Origin: Candidatus Thalassarchaeaceae archaeon
GTDB lineage: Archaea > Thermoplasmatota > Poseidoniia > Poseidoniales > Thalassarchaeaceae
Assembly (NCBI GenBank): GCA_045568075.1
Contig: JBJLBP010000001.1
Span: 1,200,001 to 1,232,000, forward strand
Length of the DNA stretch: 32,000 nt
Direction: 5' to 3'
Both the position numbers and the translations under genes were made by a program. Positions 26,418 to 32,000 of this stretch are shown one piece after another. Every line of letters starts with the position of its first letter. Within the stretch, counting starts at the first letter, position 1. The notes beneath the pieces were generated by a model that was not told where the DNA came from, ran no database searches, and saw only the letters and a list, made by a program, of their open reading frames with translations.

Positions 26418-27251
26418 ATGGCCGACTGGAGACCCATTCTAAATCGCCGAAGCGATGGTTTTCCACGAATTATGGGTATTCTCAACATCACTCCTGACTC
26501 GTTTCATGCGGATTCGAGAATAGATTCGGTAGCGGACGCACTTGCTCGCGGAAAGAGAATGGTCGAGGATGGAGCTGAATGGTTGGATATCGGCGGAGAA
26601 TCGACTCGGCCGGGAGCTGAGCCAGTTTCTCCTGACGATGAGATGCAGCGCGTTTTGCCCGTTGTTGGGGCTATTCGCGCTGCGCTACCTGATATCGGCA
26701 TCTCAATCGATACGCGGCGCGCCAGTGTTGCGCGTGCGGCTCTTGCGGCTGGTGCCGATATGGTCAACGACGTTAGCGCACTATCAGATCCTGAAATGCT
26801 CGATGTCGTCGTTGAGGTCGGCTGCCCTATCTGCCTGATGCATATGCAAGGGCTGCCGGATGATATGCAGAATGACCCCACCTATGGCGACGTAGTCGCC
26901 GAGGTGCGTTCGAGTCTAGCCGCATCGGCTCAGTCTCTCTTGGATGCCGGTATCGACGCTGAGAGAATCATTGCTGACCCCGGTATCGGTTTTGGCAAGC
27001 TACTCGAACACAATACGACTCTGCTCGCAGCTGGACGTGAGATTGTTCCTGACGAGCGGATGCCAATGATGTGGGGAGTTAGCCGCAAGCGAATGTTTGC
27101 ACACCTGCTCGGTAGGGACGACACTCGCGAGCGGTTGGCGGGCACCCTAGGAGTAGCCGCTCTGGCTCCCGCCAAGGGCGTTGACATCATCAGGGTGCAC
27201 GATGTGCGCGAGCATGCTGACCTGTATGCGGCAATGCGAGCGGTCGAGTGA
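26418..27251 (+). CDS. folP: dihydropteroate synthase
   Basis: IMGILNITPDSFHADSR, WLDIGGESTRPGAEPV, SIDTRRA, MVNDVS and DPGIGFGK are the classical pterin-binding DHPS blocks. The track ORF starts at TTG 26322, which would overlap the divergent gene. Confidence 0.92.
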   Translation: MADWRPILNRRSDGFPRIMGILNITPDSFHADSRIDSVADALARGKRMVEDGAEWLDIGGESTRPGAEPVSPDDEMQRVLPVVGAIRAALPDIGISIDTRRASVARAALAAGADMVNDVSALSDPEMLDVVVEVGCPICLMHMQGLPDDMQNDPTYGDVVAEVRSSLAASAQSLLDAGIDAERIIADPGIGFGKLLEHNTTLLAAGREIVPDERMPMMWGVSRKRMFAHLLGRDDTRERLAGTLGVAALAPAKGVDIIRVHDVREHADLYAAMRAVE

Positions 27252-27260
27252 GGGGTTGAG

Positions 27261-28424
27261 ATGGGACAGAATGTCGTCGATATCGATGAGCGACTGCGCA
27301 TAGTTGGAACGGCGCACGTTAGCAGCGCTTCAGTTGCGCTAGTTAACGCTCAAATCAAGGAATTTGAGCCAGACTTGGTCGCGGTCGAATTGTGCGAATC
27401 TCGTCTGCGCTCGCTGAAAAGGCCTGACGAGCTCAACAACGATGACCTTCTGAAAATCATCAATGAAGGCCGATCTTCGATGATTCTACTGCAGTCGGCT
27501 CTCGCAGCCCAGCAACGGCGCATGGGCCTTGAGACAGGAGAAAAGCCGGGAGCTGAATTGCTCGCTGCAATCGAAGCAGCCGAGGAGGCTGATATCGAGC
27601 ACGCGCTGATCGATAGAGACGTTGTAATCACTCTCAGGAGAGCCTGGCGAAAAATGGGTCTGCGTGAGAAATGGCGCGTTCTCAATGCTCTGCTCCGGGA
27701 GGATGATGACGAGGATTTCGACCTCGACGAACTCCTCGAAGATTCAGATATGCTGACGACGCTGATGGAGGAAGCGCGGGATGCCGCACCACGGGCTGGA
27801 GAGGTTCTGATAGACGAGCGAGATGCGTATCTAGCCGGCCGCATACAGCAGGTTCGCGGCAAAGGCAAGGTACTCGCGATAGTAGGTGCAGGTCACATCA
27901 ATGGTATCATCGAGCACCTCGAAAAGCCCCCGTTGGAAACTACCTCTAGACTAGCCGAACTCAAGGCCGAACCACCCAAACCAATCTGGCCGAAAGTGAT
28001 TATGTGGGCGATTCCCCTGTTCCTCGTTTCGGTAGTGGGTTATCTCGCCTATAATGGCGAAATCGAGGCATTGAAAGACACTCTTTGGTATTGGATGGTA
28101 GCCAATGCGGTCTTGGCTGGACTAGGAGTAGCCCTCGCCCGAGGCCATCCACTCGCTATCCTCGTCGGAGCCCTCGCAAGTCCAATCACAAGTCTCAATC
28201 CAACTCTTGCAGCGGGCTGGTTCGCCGGTTATACTCAACTCAAGGTCGTTCCACCAACTGGTGGTGACGCAGCCGAGTTCCTCGCTTTGCATGATTACGG
28301 AGTTTTCTGGAATCCTGCCGGACGTGTACTCCTCGTAACCGCATTTGGAAATATAGGATCAGCCGTCGGAGCGTGGTTGGCCGGCGGCGCAATAGTTAGC
28401 GTAATCTTCGATTTTTTAGCCTAG
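27261..28424 (+). CDS. TraB/PrgY/GumN family protein with a C-terminal membrane domain
   Basis: RIVGTAHVSSASV...PDLVAVELCESR and AIVGAGHINGI are TraB-family blocks. About four C-terminal TM helices follow. The ATG lies 9 nt after the folP stop (TGAGGGGTTGAGATG). Confidence 0.85.
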   Translation: MGQNVVDIDERLRIVGTAHVSSASVALVNAQIKEFEPDLVAVELCESRLRSLKRPDELNNDDLLKIINEGRSSMILLQSALAAQQRRMGLETGEKPGAELLAAIEAAEEADIEHALIDRDVVITLRRAWRKMGLREKWRVLNALLREDDDEDFDLDELLEDSDMLTTLMEEARDAAPRAGEVLIDERDAYLAGRIQQVRGKGKVLAIVGAGHINGIIEHLEKPPLETTSRLAELKAEPPKPIWPKVIMWAIPLFLVSVVGYLAYNGEIEALKDTLWYWMVANAVLAGLGVALARGHPLAILVGALASPITSLNPTLAAGWFAGYTQLKVVPPTGGDAAEFLALHDYGVFWNPAGRVLLVTAFGNIGSAVGAWLAGGAIVSVIFDFLA

Positions 28425-28580
28425 ATTTGTAATTCAAGAATGTTGGAGTTAATCCTGCAAATAACTCACAAACCCAGAAGCGACTATCAACCGAATAGCA
28501 GAGAGGATATTATGGACCTGAGGAAGAATCAATGTGTGGCACCTAGTCACAACGCCATCCCCAACGCGTGAGGTCTTTCA

Positions 28581-29993
28581 ATGGTCAATTTTGGATTCGT
28601 CATCGACAATCGAAAGTGCATTGGCTGCCACGCCTGTACTGTCGCCTGTAAATCCGAACACGATATTCCAATAGGAGTCAATCGAACTCACGTCAAATAC
28701 ATCGAAAAAGGGCAGTATCCCGATGTCACTCGAGAATTCTCAGTACATCGTTGCAATCACTGCGAAGACTCCCCATGTACCACGATTTGTCCAACTACAG
28801 CGCTCTTCACCAGAGAAGATGGTATCGTCGACTTCGATGATGATCGCTGCATCGGTTGTAAGTCCTGCATGCAAGCCTGTCCATACGATGCCCTTTACAT
28901 CGATCCGAACAAGGGCACTGCGGCTAAGTGCAATTACTGCGCCCACCGGATTGAGCATTCTTACGAGCCCGCATGCGTGATTGTCTGTCCGACCGAGGCA
29001 ATTGTCTCTGGAGACCTTGATGACCCTAATTCGTCGATTTCTGGCTACTTGCGTGACCATGAGACAATCGTTCGCAAGCCTGAGAGTGGTGCGCGGCCAA
29101 ACGTGTTCTATGTCGAGACAAGCGAAGAAATGCTCGACCCCCATGCTACCGAGCGTTCGGGCGAGTATCTCTGGACCGATCAGGCAGCAGGCGTTGGGCA
29201 CTTCGCGAAGTATGCAGATTCGCGACTGGGTGCAGCGGATACCAATTCGATGATTGTCCAGTTGGCTCTAGAGAAGAAGGCTCGTGCTGCGAATCCACGA
29301 GATCGTGCAATCATTCGAGATGTGATGGAGCGGCTTGATGATCAGGCCGAGAGGCCAAAGCGCAGTTATGACCAGCCTTCGAAGGGCGTACTCTGGGGCT
29401 GGGAGGTCTCGGCTTACATCGTCACCAAAGCGGTAGCGGCTGGAACTTACCTAATCGCCATGCTGGCGATGTTTGCAGGTTTGTTGGAAATGACCGAACA
29501 ATTGTGGTGGGAGCTGGTCATTGGCTGCACCTTTTTCCTAGGTTTAACCGGATTCCTACTGGTGAAGGACCTCGACCGACCTGAGAGATTCCTCTATGTG
29601 ATGTTGCGGCCGAATTGGGATTCTTGGTTAGTGAAAGGAGCCTACATATTGGGTGGTTTTGGCGGCATATTGGCTTGCAGTGGCGTGGTTCTCTTCTTCG
29701 ACCTTGACCGCACCTATCTCGAATATCTGGCTGTAGCTGGCATTCCATTGGCGGTGCTGACCGGTGTCTATACGGCTTGGCTCTTCGGGCAAGCAAAGGG
29801 ACGGAATTGGTCGGAAGATCGATTGCTTGCAGCCAAAATGTTCGTCGAGATGGTGACTATAGGAGTAGCTTCACTGATTCTTTTGACCTCCTCGCAAATC
29901 GTCTATTGGATAGGCGCAGGCATACTAATCTACGCAGTTTGCCGCCATGCGCACCGATTAGTTATCGAGCCACAATTGGAGACTTTACACTGA
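28581..29993 (+). CDS. four-cluster [4Fe-4S] electron-transfer subunit (PsrB/DmsB/SoeB-like) fused to an NrfD/PsrC-like membrane domain
   Basis: Residues 1-140 carry CIGCHACTVAC, CNHCEDSPCTTICP, CIGCKSCMQACP and CNYC...CVIVCP. Residues 268-455 carry WGWEVSAYIVTKAVAAGTYL and DLDRPERFLYVMLRPNWDSWLVKG, which are NrfD-family hallmarks, and about 5-6 TM helices. The SD GAGGT lies 6 nt upstream of the ATG. Confidence 0.85.
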   Translation: MVNFGFVIDNRKCIGCHACTVACKSEHDIPIGVNRTHVKYIEKGQYPDVTREFSVHRCNHCEDSPCTTICPTTALFTREDGIVDFDDDRCIGCKSCMQACPYDALYIDPNKGTAAKCNYCAHRIEHSYEPACVIVCPTEAIVSGDLDDPNSSISGYLRDHETIVRKPESGARPNVFYVETSEEMLDPHATERSGEYLWTDQAAGVGHFAKYADSRLGAADTNSMIVQLALEKKARAANPRDRAIIRDVMERLDDQAERPKRSYDQPSKGVLWGWEVSAYIVTKAVAAGTYLIAMLAMFAGLLEMTEQLWWELVIGCTFFLGLTGFLLVKDLDRPERFLYVMLRPNWDSWLVKGAYILGGFGGILACSGVVLFFDLDRTYLEYLAVAGIPLAVLTGVYTAWLFGQAKGRNWSEDRLLAAKMFVEMVTIGVASLILLTSSQIVYWIGAGILIYAVCRHAHRLVIEPQLETLH

Positions 29994-29999
29994 GGTGAG

Positions 30000-32000
30000 A
30001 TGATGGCGAAGACATTTATCGAGAATATTGCGCAAAAATTGCGAATCATTCCCGATCTCGACCGTGAGCACGCGAGCGGAAATCAGAAACCTCTGCGAAA
30101 GTTTCCTTCACCCGACGAGTGGCACAATTTCACCGAACTAGACGCGAATGCCTGGCCTCTTCGCCTTGAACGCAATTACTCCCTAGTGCCCACTACCTGT
30201 TTCAATTGCGAATCAGCCTGCGGGTTGCTCGCATATGTGGACAAGGATAACGGCGAGGTGGCTAAGTTCGAGGGAAATCCGCACCATCCAGGATCGCGTG
30301 GCCGTAACTGCGCAAAGGGACCGGCCACAATCAATCAGATTCACGATACCGAGCGCATCATGCATCCACTTCGCCGTACTGGCAAGCGTGGAGAAGGCGG
30401 TTGGGAACAGATCTCTTGGGACGAGGCGCTCGACGAAATCGCCGCTAAGATTCGCTCCTCACTCAAGCGCGGCGGGGTCGACAAAGTCGTCTATCACGTA
30501 GGAAGGCCCGGCCACGAGGGATATGCAAATCGAGTCCTCAAGGCCTGGGGAGTAGATGGTCATAATTCGCACACGAATATCTGCTCGGCTGGAGCAAGAA
30601 CAGGCTATTCCCTATGGCAAAAACACGACCGCCCAAGCCCAGATCACACCAATGCCAAGGTCATCCTACTGACCTCGTCTCACCTCGAAACTGGGCATTA
30701 CTTCAATCCGCACGCGCAGCGTATTCTCGAGGGGATGATGGAGGGAGCGAAACTCATCGTCATCGACCCTCGCCTATCCAATACGGCGGCTATGGCCGAC
30801 TATTGGCTTCCGACATGGCCGGGTGGCGAGACTGCGCTCTTCCTCGCCTGGGCGAAGATGATCATTGAGCGCGGTCTATACGACCGCGAATTCATGGAAA
30901 CTCAGGTCAATTGGGATGCATGGATGCGAGCGGTCCACCCGAACGAGCCTTGCGAGTTCGAGAGATTCATCGAATTACTTGTTGAAGAGTACGCTGAATA
31001 CACTCCTGAATTTGCAGCCGCCGAATGTAGGATTCCAGTCGAGCAAGTCATCGAGGCGGGTGAAGTAGTAGCAAATGCAGGCAGTCAGCTTTGCACACAC
31101 GTCTGGCGCAGCGCAGCGATTGGAAACCTAGGTGGTTGGCAAGTCAGCCGCTCACTGCATTTCCTAAACGTGCTGACAGGTTCAGTTGGAACAGTCGGAG
31201 GAACAAGTCCCAACTCTTGGTCGAAGTTCAAGCCGTCTCTGTTCGATGTGCCGCCAGACCCCGACGGCTGGAACGAACTGCACTTCCCTCCGGAATACAC
31301 CCTCTCGCATTACGAAATGAGTCACATCCTGCCGCACCTCATCAAGGACGGTCGCGGTTCTATGGATGTCTACTTCACACGTGTTTTCAATCCGGTTTGG
31401 ACATACCCAGACGGATTTTCATGGATTGAGATGCTGGAAAACGAGGAGGCAGTCGGCTGCCATATCGCTCTGACACCCACATGGAATGAGACCGCTTTCT
31501 TCGCCGACTACGTCCTGCCTATGGGTCATGCATCCGAGAGGCACGACGTCAATTCATACGCCACATCCTCGGGCAAGTGGGTAGCATTCCGCCAACCCGT
31601 TTTGCGTGAGTATGCAAGGCGGCAGGGGCGAGAAGTGGAGTTCACCCACGAGGTCAATCCTGGTCAAGTCTGGGAGGAGGATGAATTCTGGATCGAACTT
31701 TCTTGGCGCATCGACGATGGTACCATGGGTATCCGCGAGCACTTCATGAGTCCGTATCGCGAGGGTGAGAAAATCACTGTCGATGAGTACTATCAGTATC
31801 TTTTCGAGCGCGTTCCCGGACTACCTGAGGCGGCTGAAAAAGATGGCACTAATGCGCTCGGTTACATGCGTCGACATGGGGCATTTTTGATTGAAGAGGC
31901 GACTTATGAGAAGCATAAATCGGAAGGTTGGCCTACGCCGAGTGGAAAACAGGAATTCTATTCTGAGACGATGATTGAGTTCGGCTACCCTGAGCATTCG
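30000..32000 (+). CDS. molybdopterin (bis-MGD) oxidoreductase catalytic subunit, 3'-truncated by the window edge; no Tat signal
   Basis: I read 667 in-frame codons without a stop, line by line, from ATG 30000 to base 32000. It is absent from the ORF track because no stop occurs in the window. The N-terminal FeS0 motif is CFNCESACG...x27...CAKG (from 30198). HNSHTNICSAGARTG (Cys codon 30582-30584) sits at the usual Mo-ligand position. The SD GGTGAG lies directly upstream. Confidence 0.9.
   Translation, partial: MMAKTFIENIAQKLRIIPDLDREHASGNQKPLRKFPSPDEWHNFTELDANAWPLRLERNYSLVPTTCFNCESACGLLAYVDKDNGEVAKFEGNPHHPGSRGRNCAKGPATINQIHDTERIMHPLRRTGKRGEGGWEQISWDEALDEIAAKIRSSLKRGGVDKVVYHVGRPGHEGYANRVLKAWGVDGHNSHTNICSAGARTGYSLWQKHDRPSPDHTNAKVILLTSSHLETGHYFNPHAQRILEGMMEGAKLIVIDPRLSNTAAMADYWLPTWPGGETALFLAWAKMIIERGLYDREFMETQVNWDAWMRAVHPNEPCEFERFIELLVEEYAEYTPEFAAAECRIPVEQVIEAGEVVANAGSQLCTHVWRSAAIGNLGGWQVSRSLHFLNVLTGSVGTVGGTSPNSWSKFKPSLFDVPPDPDGWNELHFPPEYTLSHYEMSHILPHLIKDGRGSMDVYFTRVFNPVWTYPDGFSWIEMLENEEAVGCHIALTPTWNETAFFADYVLPMGHASERHDVNSYATSSGKWVAFRQPVLREYARRQGREVEFTHEVNPGQVWEEDEFWIELSWRIDDGTMGIREHFMSPYREGEKITVDEYYQYLFERVPGLPEAAEKDGTNALGYMRRHGAFLIEEATYEKHKSEGWPTPSGKQEFYSETMIEFGYPEHS

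Noticed and set aside
28425-28580. A possible Moco riboswitch or other structured RNA in the leader of the molybdoenzyme operon.
   Set aside because: I could not recognise the conserved Moco-motif elements or a convincing extended stem by eye. That riboswitch class is known from Bacteria. A covariance-model scan would be the decisive test.
29991-30002. The FeS-membrane gene and the Mo catalytic gene are in the same reading frame, separated only by TGA-GGT-GAG. This could suggest stop-codon read-through or selenocysteine producing a B-C-A polyprotein.
   Set aside because: The TGAGGTGA junction is the ordinary stop-in-SD coupling signal seen at several other unrelated junctions in this window. 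Sharing a frame has a one-in-three chance. I see no SECIS-like structure, and a double ATG follows at ideal SD spacing.
1-32000. A search for tRNA, rRNA, CRISPR repeats, transposases, integrases and known defence-system genes.
   Set aside because: The intergenic spacers are short, the longest being about 190 nt. They show no cloverleaf-like or regularly spaced repeat structure. No ORF carries the motifs of recombinase, nuclease or defence families that I can recognise.

Overview
The window looks like an archaeal chromosomal segment. This is inferred from aRF1 with NIKS and GGQ motifs, aIF2-beta, class I LysRS, Trm56, a Nog1-type GTPase and an archaeal-type UMP kinase. Sampled lines give about 52% G+C and the proteins are acidic. 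A marine Thermoplasmatota or Marine Group II-like origin is plausible, but that is weak inference. Genes are densely packed, and at many junctions the upstream stop codon sits inside a Shine-Dalgarno-like TGAGGTGA. Most of the content is core housekeeping. It includes a 2-oxoacid dehydrogenase E2 (partial) and E3 followed by LipB, a class V PLP enzyme and UbiX. There is also an anchored M28 peptidase, a peroxiredoxin, ArgRS, aRF1, UMP kinase, Nog1 GTPase, and a pterin dehydratase/2Fe-2S ferredoxin/MDR oxidoreductase operon. Further along are aIF2-beta, dUTPase, an HTH-PRTase (PyrE-like) regulator, LysRS, CarA/CarB, Trm56, FolP and a TraB-family protein. I found no rRNA, tRNA, CRISPR array, transposase, integrase or recognisable defence gene. 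Three loci stand out. (1) At the 3' end is a complex iron-sulfur molybdoenzyme operon. Its four-cluster FeS subunit is fused to an NrfD-like membrane domain, and its catalytic subunit has no Tat signal. That catalytic ORF (30000 to the window end) is missing from the supplied ORF track because it has no stop codon in the window. (2) A roughly 0.75-kb low-G+C islet (about 37% against 52%) carries only tiny hydrophobic ORFs, one of them below the track threshold. (3) Two tightly coupled cofactor clusters (PCD-ferredoxin-MDR reductase, and E2-E3-LipB-PLP-UbiX) have unclear logic in an archaeon. All functional calls rest on motifs read by eye. No database search was run.
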